Positions 1-12,084 of a stretch of 64,000 nucleotides of DNA are shown one piece after another. The DNA is from Octopus vulgaris. Lineage: Eukaryota. Made by a program: the position numbers and the translations under genes. Numbering within the stretch: position 1 is the first letter of the stretch; each line of letters starts with the position of its first letter. A model generated the notes under the pieces. It saw only the letters and a list, made by a program, of their open reading frames with translations. It did not search any database and was not told where the DNA came from. Where the stretch lies: assembly GCA_951406725.2 (NCBI GenBank), contig OX597821.1, positions 88,474,001 to 88,538,000 of the forward strand, written 5' to 3'.

Positions 1-137
1 CAACTATGCAATACTGAGTTGTGATTTCTAATGTATTTCCAACTTCTACTGCGACAATAATGGTGGAAATGACCAGGAAAAGTGGTTGTCTGCATAGAGA
101 TGGCATATTTTAAAATCCTTGGATATATATATACAGA

Positions 138-274
<137 letters not shown>

Positions 275-631
275 GGAGAAATCTTTCTAGCATGCTTAAT
301 GTAAATACATCGTTAAGGACAAATTTACTATGTTACTCGTTCTGATATCTCTTTTGAATCCATAACGCCGTAAATTTGATTTTCAGGGTGTATTTCGAGT
401 ATAAGGCACAACTGACTATTCCATCTAATACTGTTTCAGGTGCATATAATAGATAGATATAGATTTCGTGAAAAGTTTGCATCTGCAAAAAATAGTGCAA
501 CAAATGTCGCTGTGTATAAATCAATGGTTACTTCAATGACTATCTTTGGGCCTGTATCATAAGAATTTATTTTAACACCAATTCTGTTACGAAATTCGAA
601 ATAAGCTACCATTGAAAGAACGTTGTGTTTT

Positions 632-830
632 AATAGTTAAGGTGTTGAGCTCCCGATCATCAGGCCGTGGGTATGATTCTCGTGCCTACTCTAATCAGCT
701 GAAATTTAGTATCAGACAATTCTTGGTGCAGCACTAATTCTCTTTAGCTGTCACATATTTGATGTCTTGCATGATTACGAGTAGGATGTTCGAGTGTTGT
801 GTCTATGTCTGTTCGAGATTACAGAGGCCT
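632..830 (+). mobile_element. Highly decayed copy of tRNA-derived SINE family C
   Basis: ATAGTTAAGGTGTTGAGCTCCCGATCATCAGGCCGTGGGTATGATTCTC resembles the tRNA-like head of the copy at 56465, followed by TCAGCTG; similarity is patchy. Confidence 0.4.
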
Positions 831-1619
831 CAAAAACCATTATAAATGCTACCAAACCAGGCTAGTAGGTCTATAGGTCACTGGGAATATGCTAAGAAGT
901 TTATAACTAACATATAACATTATGGAAAGAAGAAACATAGTTTACATCCGGTTTGTTGTCAAAAACCAGATTGAAGTGGAAGCTTGATGTAACAATTTGA
1001 AATTACTTAACAATGAAACGATTTTCATTTTAAATATGGTTGTTTTCTCCCCCACTTTTTTCGCTATTTTTTTTTCAGTTCGACCCTGACCGAAGAAACC
1101 TGCGATCAAAATCATATTTCTGTCAGTCAGTTTTTAAGAAATACATTGTTAGTCCGTGCGTCGTCTGCTTCAGACAGAAGCGTGTGATTTGAGATAGACT
1201 TCAGTGTTAATTTTAAAAACCAGTTTCGTAGCAAGGTATATCCTGGGTATTATAATATCTCAAAATGAGTCCTGCCGTCATTCCTTAGAATTTACATATT
1301 ACAAGCAAATTCAGTTTCTAATATACCGATGTACCCGGTCATTTTATAAAATGTATCCGACGAAAGATATGGCTCTGTATAATATATAATGACTTTTCAC
1401 GCGGATCAAAGTAACATATTAGCTGCCTAATGGGTAGAAGCTGCATATAGGAGTTTCTATGCCTAAGTAAATATGCAGTCGATAAAAGAGTTTTAAGCAC
1501 ACTCTTTCATGGATAATCCAGATCAGCAGACACAAGCATTCTCGCTTTTATTAAAAGGTAATCGTTCGTATAAGGTAAACTTAAATTTGACAACACAACG
1601 TATTTCACTATGCATTACA

Positions 1620-1638
1620 TATGTATGTATATATATAT

Positions 1639-1708
<70 letters not shown>

Positions 1709-1813
1709 CATACCTATGTATATACACGTGTATATATCTATCTATCTATCTATATCTATCTATCTATCTATATTTATATAGATAGATAGATAGATAGATA
1801 AATAGATATACAC

Positions 1814-1872
<59 letters not shown>

Positions 1873-1970
1873 CATAGATATATTATATGTGTATATATGT
1901 ATATATACGTAACGTATATAAGTATATGTACGTAATGTATATATGTATCTACCTATGTACACACGCATAT
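1620..1970. repeat. Compound (TA)n/(TCTA)n/(TAGA)n microsatellite with internal inversion
   Basis: (TCTA)n switches to (TAGA)n near 1775; TATACACGTGTATA occurs on both sides. Confidence 0.9.
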
Positions 1971-2227
1971 ATAATTGGCAAAGTTTCTATCTTTTCAGCC
2001 ATCTTGATTCAATTATGCCTGGCTCTAATGAATACTGTAAATGTAGGTTAATGACTTTAAAATACATTTATGAACCGTATAAGCAAAGTTTAACTGAAAT
2101 TCAATTGAAGAATCTATCGTTATTACATTATAGGATATTTAATTGTATTTAGGTATTAAACTATACCTATAAGAGTATGACTATATACGCTCGCATATAG
2201 GTACGTGAAGGTATTTATGTCTGTAAC

Positions 2228-2281
<54 letters not shown>

Positions 2282-2300
2282 CATACATAAATACATACAA

Positions 2301-2358
<58 letters not shown>

Positions 2359-2453
2359 GCCCGTGTGAGGGATTTCTAAATATATATTTCTAAATATATA
2401 TTCCTATTTATTATGCACGCACACATACATATATATATTTATATACATATATA

Positions 2454-2510
<57 letters not shown>

Positions 2511-3194
2511 AGTTTTATGTATGTATATGTATGTGCGTGCGGGGGGTGGGGGGTGTATGCGTTGAGTGTATATTGAAAAAAAATGATTTCTTTCTTGCCT
2601 GCATAGTATGTTGGAGTTGGGTGTATGTTCTCCTTCACTCATTTTGTTCATGATACTAACATACCATTCCAAGTTCCCTACATGTTGTTTTGAGGCATAA
2701 CTTTGCTATAAACAGTTTTTATCAGCAACAACACTTCTTGCTGAACTATACTGAAGAATGGAAAATTTTTTGCTGCGTTTTTGTTTTGCTTCTTGCATCA
2801 AAGAACAAGATTTTGCTGAATGATATTGCACTTTTCTTAAAAATCGCCACAATCGGATTAAAATTTGTTTGACTTAACTCTACATTAGTACATACAGTTT
2901 TGGTATATGCTTTTTGAAGTAATACCGATTGCTCAAATTTTCAGTTTCTTCGCCATTTTCTGTTAGTCTCAACAACTGATGTTTTTGCATTGAGTATTAC
3001 ATATTTGAATGAATGATAATTCTTTCCTACTGTAAAGTGCTGGGACATTTGTCAATGTATTGGTTTGAGCCAAGAAATGAAACAATTTGTCGTTTTGCAC
3101 TGAGATTATTATATATTGGATGATTGCACTCTTTCTCTCCCTCCTCTCTCTCTCAGTTCTATAAAATATATATATATATACACACAGATAGATA

Positions 3195-3342
3195 AGTTTC
3201 TTTATTGGCCACACAGGGCTGCACACAGATGGGACAAGTTACAAGGTAGAGCTTTTCTTTTGGGGAAAAAAAAAGGTGGCGTAGGTTTTCGATCAAAAGG
3301 GATCGTAAAAGGGAAAAAAGAACAAAAAAAAGAAAAAAGAAA
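3195..3342 (-). mobile_element. 3' end of a non-LTR retrotransposon (possibly Tx1/L1-type) inserted in (GATA)n
   Basis: Minus strand is pyrimidine-rich and ends TTGTCCCATCTGTGTGCAGCCCTGTGTGGCCAATAAAGAAACT; (GATA)n lies on both flanks; the tail matches SINE-B tail 1. No coding remnant, so the clade is inference. Confidence 0.55.
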
Positions 3343-3575
3343 TAGATAGATAGATAAATAGATAGATAGATATAGATATATCAGAAACTATTCTATTATT
3401 CTACTTTCTATGTTCTACGTTATATATTTTAATAATTGCTGGTATTTTTATATATGTAAAGCATATGTTAAACATGTATGTATATTTTTATAATTGTTTT
3501 CTAAAAAATAGACATAATATAATGTCTAAAATTTGATGAATACTACCTCTTGATTAGCTCCATTTTCTTATTGCC

Positions 3576-3650
<75 letters not shown>

Positions 3651-4621
3651 CTATGTATCTATGTATATATATATATATATATATATCAAAAAATATATAT
3701 ATATATTATATATTACATTATATTATATTGTATTTGTATATGAATATATATGAATATACACGCATTAATGCATATACATTCATATATATGCACACACATA
3801 TAAAGACACACAAAAAACATACGCGTAACGCAGAATCTATCCAAGAAAAGTAATAAGCTATCCACAGCTGGAACTTAAAGACCTCAAATATCATCAAAGT
3901 GGAGTATGGAAGAGAGACTCATTTATGCCACAAAAACTTATCCATGCCATACATTAAAAAATGTCAAGAAGGTGTAGGCTTTGTTAAGCTGAAAAAATGA
4001 ACAAACTATTAAAATCCACCATTCATCTAGACTGAAAATCGAAACTTTTCCGAAGATCTAAACGTTTCGATAAGTTTCTCCTATTGAACTGGAGGACAAC
4101 ATTCTCTCCAGATTAAGAATACAGTCGAACTATCTTTACCCTTTTCCCAGACGGATTTCTCCAACAACCATTGTTAATTCATGCATAACATTCGTCCTTT
4201 ACGGGTCAAAAGAGCATAAGACATCTATCTGTCAGTACAAGTTCTCCTTTGTTTTTTAAAACTTTCCACGTGTTTTGTTTCTTTTTTTCTTATTTTCCTC
4301 CGAAAGCAACTATGTAATTTTTTAGACTGAACGATTACAGTATAGTACACGTACGTTATGCAAATACGTCCGATTACTGTTCTATCTGAACACTAAAGTT
4401 ACTGCATCTATAAATCTAAACCCTATGTGTCAATGAAATATCAATAGAGAAGATGCAGAGAAAGACATAGAAATATTTTAAAATAAGAACTAACAGAAGA
4501 AGGCACGAATTGTGTATAGTTTCAAGGAGCGGAAAGAACTTGAGAACATTTTAACGTTTCGCAAATTTTCGATTGTTAAAAAGAAAGATAAATGATAATA
4601 TACATACATAACTTTCTAAGT

Positions 4622-4948
<327 letters not shown>

Positions 4949-5086
4949 ATTAGAGAAGAACCGCCTTTTATCAATTCAACAATGTAAAAGGTGGTTTTTC
5001 TCTAATTTATATAAATATATATATTGCGAAACTTGATTTAGGAATGCCAAATTGAATTTTTACCTGTAACTTTGGAATAATATTCC

Positions 5087-5144
<58 letters not shown>

Positions 5145-5205
5145 CGTATGTATATATGTATGTATATATGTATATATATATGCATATATATATATATACA
5201 TATAT

Positions 5206-5330
5206 GAGTGGCCTACTCACTTAGCCTGTGGGATGGCGTCATTTGAAGGCTAAAACAATGCGAAGTGCATTGTGACCAGCGATGTGTAGCAACATGTGAG
5301 GGTCTGGTCGTTCACGGTGATCACGGTGAT
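5206..5330 (+). mobile_element. 5'-truncated retroposon tail of RTE type, embedded in (TA)n
   Basis: Ends TGTGACCAGCGATGT...CTGGTCGTTCACGGTGAT(CACGGTGAT), matching the 3' end of the RTE LINE at 41040-41091. Confidence 0.7.
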
Positions 5331-6235
5331 ATATATATATATATCTATATATATATATATATATATAATGTATGTATATATGTATGTATATATATATATA
5401 TATGTATGCATGTGTATATATATGTATGCATGTATGTATGTGTGTATATATGTACATACATATGTATGCGTATATATATTTATATATATATAGCATGATG
5501 GATGTTTTATATGAAGATCTTCATACAAACACCCCCCATATATGTGTGTGTGTGTGTGTGTGTATGTGAGCGCGCGTACATACATACATATGTGCTGTAG
5601 CAAGTAAATATATCTGGTATACTGGATACGTATAACTCGCAAAGATATAGGCTTTGTGATGAATTTTCAATACCTTACGGAGTATTGCCTTTATTTTGTG
5701 AAGTGTACTTTTTATATATGGGTTTGTGTGTATGCACACGTGACCATGTGCGTATATGAAAAAATATACAAGATTCTATATATTTTCAGCCAACTAGCAA
5801 AAAGTCTGTGCCCTTGCCTCTCTCTCTCTCTCTTCCACCTGATGCGCACACACTCACACACACACATCTATATATTTTAAATCCATGTGTGTTTATGAAT
5901 GTACATATATGTATATATATATACACATGCATACAGATATAGGCACACTCGCATGCACATACACAAACACGTGTATGTATGTAATCCTTCTTTTTTTTAA
6001 ACTACGTATTCCTTTTAAAGCAAGTCCTAAAATCGTGGCACCAACTAAGTTGCTTGGTAATGATTGGCTGTCAAATAAATAACACTCAACCGACTGGAAA
6101 TCAATATGGAATTGGAAAAGAAGCTAATTCTTCATTTTTTCTTTTCTTTTTTTTTTCTTCTTTGTTTTAATCTCTCTTAGTGATGTATGTGGATGTAAGA
6201 ATGATGAATGCATATGCATATGTACTCATGTATGC

Positions 6236-6289
<54 letters not shown>

Positions 6290-6375
6290 GTGTGCGTGTG
6301 TGCGTGCGTTGGTGTGGGTGTATATGTATATACACATGCATATATATGCATATGCATATATAAGTATGTATAAGT

Positions 6376-6412
<37 letters not shown>

Positions 6413-6582
6413 CGTGCGTGGGTGTTTCTGTGCGTATATTTGCTTCTAAATTTGCGCGCGCGTGTGCTACTATACTTACATATATATACCTACTGACGTA
6501 TGTCTATGTGCAACTTTACTGTCGCCTGCTTATATATATAACACCGATATGCTAACAAGCACTCCTGACTATCTCGGTGCCT

Positions 6583-6991
6583 CGAGCTGGCAGAAACGTT
6601 AGCGTGCCGGGCGAAATGCTTAGCGGTATTTCGTCTGCGTTACGTTGTGAGTTCAAAATCCGCCGAGGTCGACTTTGCCTTTCATCCTTTCGGGGTCGAT
6701 AAATTAAGTACCAATTACGCACTGGGGTCGATGTAATCGACTTAATACCTATGTCTGTCCTTGTTTGTCCCCTCTGTGTTTAGCCCCTTGTGGGTAATAA
6801 AGAAATAGGTATTTCATCTGTCGTTACGTTCTGAATTCAAATTCCGCTGAGGTCGACTTTGCCTTTCATCATTTCGGGGTCGATAAATTAAGAACCAGTT
6901 ACGCACTGGGGTCGATGTAATCGACCTAATCCGTTTGTCTGTCCTTGTTTGTCCCCTCTATGTTTAGCCCCTCGCGGGTAGTAAAGAAATA
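6583..6991 (+). mobile_element. SINE family B, head-to-tail dimer (6583-6807, 6808-6991), tail type 1
   Basis: tRNA-like head (GAGCTGGCAGAAACGTTAGC...GAGTTCAAA), Nin/Deu-like central motif GCCTTTCATCCTTTCGGGGTCGATAAATTAAGTACCA, tail ending TAAAGAAATA; second unit starts at GGTATTTC. Confidence 0.92.
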
Positions 6992-7495
6992 TATATATTT
7001 ACTCTTATCCTCTCTTATATTTATACACGTATAAAAACACACTTTTGGACACACACACACACTTTTGGACACACACGCGCGCGCTCACACATTCTCATTT
7101 ACATGCTTGCTTGTGTATATATCTGTGTATTTTTATATGTGCATAGTGTGTCTGTTTGAGAGTGTGAGAGAAAAATGTAGTGAAACTGAATATCTTTATG
7201 AGCCGTAACTCTGAGTTTTATACTTTTTTGCTGCTGTTCGCGTCTAGTATCCATTGTGCTTAACAGGGTATTAGACTTAATGCTTATATTATGGGTCTGC
7301 TGATCTGTAACCTTGATACTAATGATGATATCTTACTTCCAGAAATTTTCCAGGTATTTCTCGAAGTACTTTTATCCTTGAGTACCTCTTCTTTCATACA
7401 GATTTGCAGCGTGTGGACAATGCTTCTGATCAGCCTTATTTTATGCTGAATGTTTCGTGCACTGGACCTGCCTTTTAGCACATGTTTGCCCGGTC

Positions 7496-8154
7496 AAGGC
7501 GGTAGAGCTGGCAGAAACGTTAGCACGGCGGGCGAAATATTTGGCGGTATTTCGTCTGCCGTTACGTTCTGAGTTCAATTTCCGCCGAGGTCGATTTTGC
7601 CTTTCATCTTTTCGGGGTCGATTAAATAAGTACCAGCTACGCACTGGGGTCGATGTAATCGACTTAATCCGTTTCTCTGTTCTTGTTAGCTTGTTAGTCT
7701 TGTTAGTCCCCTCTATGTTTAGCCCCTTGTGGGCAATAAAGAAATAAGAAACGTTAGCATGCCGGGCGAAATGCTTAGCGGTATTTCGTCTGCCACTACG
7801 TTCTGAGTTCAATTTCCGCCGATGTCGACTTTGCCTTTCATCCTTTCGGGGTCGATTAAATAAGTACCAGTTACGCACTAGGGTCGATATAATCGACTTA
7901 ATCCGTTTGTCAGTTCTTCTTTGTCCCCTCTGTGTGTAGGCCCTTGTGATCTGTAAAGAAATAAGAATCGTTAGCACGCTGGGCAAAATGCTTAGCGGCA
8001 TTTCCTCTAAGTATGAACTCCGCCGAGGTCAACTTTGTTTTCCATCGTTTAGGGATCGATAAAATGAGTACCAGTTGAACACTAGGGTGGATGTAATCGA
8101 CTTACCCCTTCCCTTAAAATTTGATGGCCTTGCACCAAAATTTGAAACCTATAT
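7496..8154 (+). mobile_element. SINE family B trimer (7496-7746 and 7747-7963 tail 1; 7964-8154 tail 2)
   Basis: Three consecutive units; both junctions read AAAGAAATA|AGAA(A/T)CGTTAGC; last unit ends GGCCTTGCACCAAAATTTGAAACC. Confidence 0.92.
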
Positions 8155-9268
8155 TTTGTCAGATGCAAATACTGAACGCTTCCTACTATATCGTTGTAAT
8201 ATGTGTTTAAGAACCACAAACGGGACATAGAACTAGAACTTGGACCATTCTTCACTCAAATTGGCGAGGCATCTTGGAAAACTTCTTTGTTCAACCATAC
8301 CTGAATTAGAGTATGTAATCTTATAACCTATACGCGTATACTTGTACACTTATGTAATTGTTCCCGAAATAGCTAAATTTAATAATCGACCACTTTACAT
8401 CTTTTATGGTATTTCGTCTGCCGTTACGTTCTGAGTTCAATTTCCGCCGAGGTCGATTTTGCCTTTCATCTTTTCGGGGTCGATTAAATAAGTACCAGCT
8501 ACGCACTGGGGTCGATGTAATCGACTTAATCCGTTTCTCTGTTCTTGTTAGCTTGTTAGTCTTGTTAGTCCCCTCTATGTTTAGCCCCTTGTGGGCAATA
8601 AAGAAATAAGAAACGTTAGCATGCCGGGCGAAATGCTTAGCGGTATTTCGTCTGCCACTACGTTCTGAGTTCAATTTCCGCCGATGTCGACTTTGCCTTT
8701 CATCCTTTCAGGGTCGATTAAATAAGTACCAGTTACGCACTAGGGTCGATATAATCGACTTAATCCGTTTGTCAGTTCTTCTTTGTCCCCTCTGTGTGTA
8801 GGCCCTTGTGATCTGTAAAGAAATAAGAATCGTTAGCACGCTGGGCAAAATGCTTAGCGGCATTTCCTCTAAGTATGAACTCCGCCGAGGTCAACTTTGT
8901 TTTCCATCGTTTAGGGATCGATAAAATGAGTACCAGTTGAACACTAGGGTGGATGTAATCGACTTACCCCTTCCCTTAAAATTTGATGGCCTTGCACCAA
9001 AATTTGAAACCTATATTTTGTCAGATGCAAATACTGAACGCTTCCTACTATATCGTTGTAATATGTGTTTAAGAACCACAAACGGGACATAGAACTAGAA
9101 CTTGGACCATTCTTCACTCAAATTGGCGAGGCATCTTGGAAAACTTCTTTGTTCAACCATTCCTGAATTAGAGTATGTAATTTTATAACCTATACGCGTA
9201 TACTTGTACACTTATGTAATTGTTCCCGAAATAGCTAAATTTAATAATCGACCACTTTACATCTTTTA
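7546..9268 (+). repeat. 861-bp direct tandem duplication (7546-8406 / 8408-9268)
   Basis: Offset 862; one extra T at 8407; three substitutions seen by eye; includes most of the SINE trimer plus about 250 bp of unique flank. Confidence 0.95.
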
Positions 9269-9440
9269 CCAAACCTACTACATTGGCATTATAGCCCTAG
9301 AAACTCACGACTTGCAAACCCAGGTTGTAAGCAATACATACTATTAGTTTGGCGACATCCTGTACAAATAGATTATGGGACAATCGGTCAAGTGAAGACT
9401 GCAAAACAGTACATGCAGAGCAAGGGCACTTAGCATATCC

Positions 9441-9664
9441 CTTTACTCTTTACTCTTTTACTTGTTTCAGTCATTTGACTGCGGCCATGCTGGAGCACCG
9501 CCTTTAGTCGAGCAACTCGACCCCGGGACTTATTCTTTGTAAGCCCAGTACTTATTCTATCGGTCTCTTTTGCCGAACCGCTAAGTTACGGGGACGTAAA
9601 CACACCAGCATCGGTTGTCAAGCAATGCTAGGGGACAAACACAGACACACAAACACACACACAT

Positions 9665-9727
<63 letters not shown>

Positions 9728-9893
9728 TATGACAGGCTTCTTTCAGTTTCCGTCTACCAAATACACTCACAAGGCATTGGTCGGCCCGGGGCTATAGTAG
9801 AAGACACTTGCCCAAGATGCCACGCAGTGGGACTGAGCCCGGAACCATGTGGCTGGTTAGCAAGCTACTTACCACACAGCCACTCCTGCGCCT
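9441..9893 (-). mobile_element. SINE family A, full length
   Basis: Minus strand: AGGCGCAGGAGTGGCTGTGTGGTAAG (A box), B-box-like GGCTCAGTCCC, CORE-like TCTTGGGCAAGTGTCTT, internal (TA)n(TG)n, tail of AAAGAGT-type repeats; near-identical to six other copies in the window. Confidence 0.95.
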
Positions 9894-10409
9894 ATGCTAC
9901 TCTTTCCTCTCTTTATCCTGGTATTTTAGATAATATCCTTTTCCTGTCTTCCTCATTAAATAATGCTGTTAACATATATCACAAGTTTAGCGTCATTGAC
10001 CATACACTTCGAAGACGAAATTGATCTCACCGACTATGCGAATATCTGTCTTTGCTTGACTTTCCACTACCCTAGTTTATACACAAAAACGATTGGCGCG
10101 GATCTTTTGAAAATATAGATGCGCGCTACTCATACGATCCAGTTTGCCAATGTGCAAAAGGAGGTCCATTGCATCGAACCTTGTTCAAAGACATGAATTG
10201 CTCAAGACCTAACGACACAAGGTGGATAGACGGAAATTAACTGGTAACACATCGGCGGGGAGTGTAACTACTGTTGAAAAGTCCTGCTTCATCACAACGA
10301 GTCACCTTTATTATGTGTGAGAACTAATTATAGATGGAACGCGTCTGTGGAATATTCAATTACACACACATTCATGTAATGGGTAGGGTCGTTTAGCCGG
10401 ACTACCAAA

Positions 10410-10555
10410 GCGCAACTGTTGCTTAATTTATCGACCCCAAAATGATGAAAAGCAAAGCCGACTTCGGCAGAATTTGAACTCAGAACACGAAGACAGATGA
10501 AATACCGCTAAGCATTTTGCCCGGCGTGCAAACTTTTCTGCCAGCTCCCCACCTT
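10410..10555 (-). mobile_element. SINE family B, partial (head plus central motif)
   Basis: Reverse complement matches the 7496 head through GGGGTCGATAAATTAAG. Confidence 0.85.
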
Positions 10556-10613
10556 ATGTATATCTTTATATTAATATATATATATATATGTATTTATATT
10601 GTGTATACATACA

Positions 10614-10714
<101 letters not shown>

Positions 10715-10854
10715 AATAAGCAACAAAAATATTCTTGTTGCTTATTTTGATTTTAATCACCTTTTTTGAAATTGTATGGATAATACTGTACTAAATTCTG
10801 GTGCCTCAACTTAAGTACCATATTCATCCTAATCTCCCTCTCTCTCTCTCTCTC

Positions 10855-10911
<57 letters not shown>

Positions 10912-12084
10912 CATATATGTATACTAATATATATATATACATATATATACATATATATTTATATGTGTGTGATATGTGCCTTTATTTTCTTCTCTTACTC
11001 TGTCCGTCTACCTGTGTAGAGAACCCAGTATTATCGTACAGTGCTCTATGAACGAACCAGTAAACCAATAAGCTATCTTATTTTTAATGATGATCATTAT
11101 TTCACCTTGGACTGCCCAATATATCCTCCAACTGGGACTTATAATTATAAAGCAACCGAATAAGGAAAAATGAAAAATAATGTCACAAAAATGAAAAATT
11201 AGCAGTCAAATACCTAGACAGCATCTCTAGAGTCACTGAAGATGTAATACATCACACTCAATTATATTGGCTATTGTACTTTTCACAGTTCGCATTTCTG
11301 TTTGTCGATTTCTCATTTTGTCATTTTTTTTCTATGTATTTTTGGCTCACTCTTTTTTGCCACCAAGCACTTCCTGAATATCTCTATCACTCTCTTCTCT
11401 TAATGACCCCATATTTTTTGCTCACACTCTTTATATGTCTCTGCAACTCTTTCTTTTCCTCTCTAAGTTTTTTTCCTGATACTTAATCTTCACTTCATTT
11501 ATTGGTAAACCGGAAAATATGACATAGAAATCCATCAATATAATATTCAACGCATTATTAACGTTTGCTTAATTCGCGCCAGCGAATATTCGTTGCGCCT
11601 ATTACCATGTGCACTCTAAGTAATGAATATCGTGCTAAGATGAACTGAAATTGTACTTCCTAAGTTCATGTGAATCTACCTACTACAAAACTCCTGATTA
11701 TATATTTATGCATCCTAACCAACACTTCCAAGATCAATTTTGCAAAACGGAACACTACTATTTTCGGAGCCCACTTTCACCTCTCAAAATAAAAGATTTA
11801 GAGTCTAAATTGGGATAGAATCCTTAAGTCTTTTCAATGTATGTAGATAAGAACACGAAATTAAATTTAAAGTTACGGTTCTCCTTTCTTTGTAGAAAGA
11901 TCTGTTTATCATCAAATATGAACAAGGTAGACATCATTTGTTGTACGATTCTGAATGCATAATTTAACGTTAGAGCAAATCTAAGGCTGTGAATATGACA
12001 CTTGTAAACTTGAGGATATGCTTTATTCTCTGTACACCAGAATGATCTGATAATAATATATTTTGTACAAAGTAACGATAAAAC

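Noticed and set aside
7441-8674. Recurring ORFs such as [17 protein letters not shown] and LPLRSEFNFRRGR
   Set aside because: Translations of SINE-B units, not a gene family.
11228-11255. GTCACTGAAGATGTAATACATC as a hammerhead
   Set aside because: Has CTGAAGA and a small hairpin but no GAAA box or stem III.
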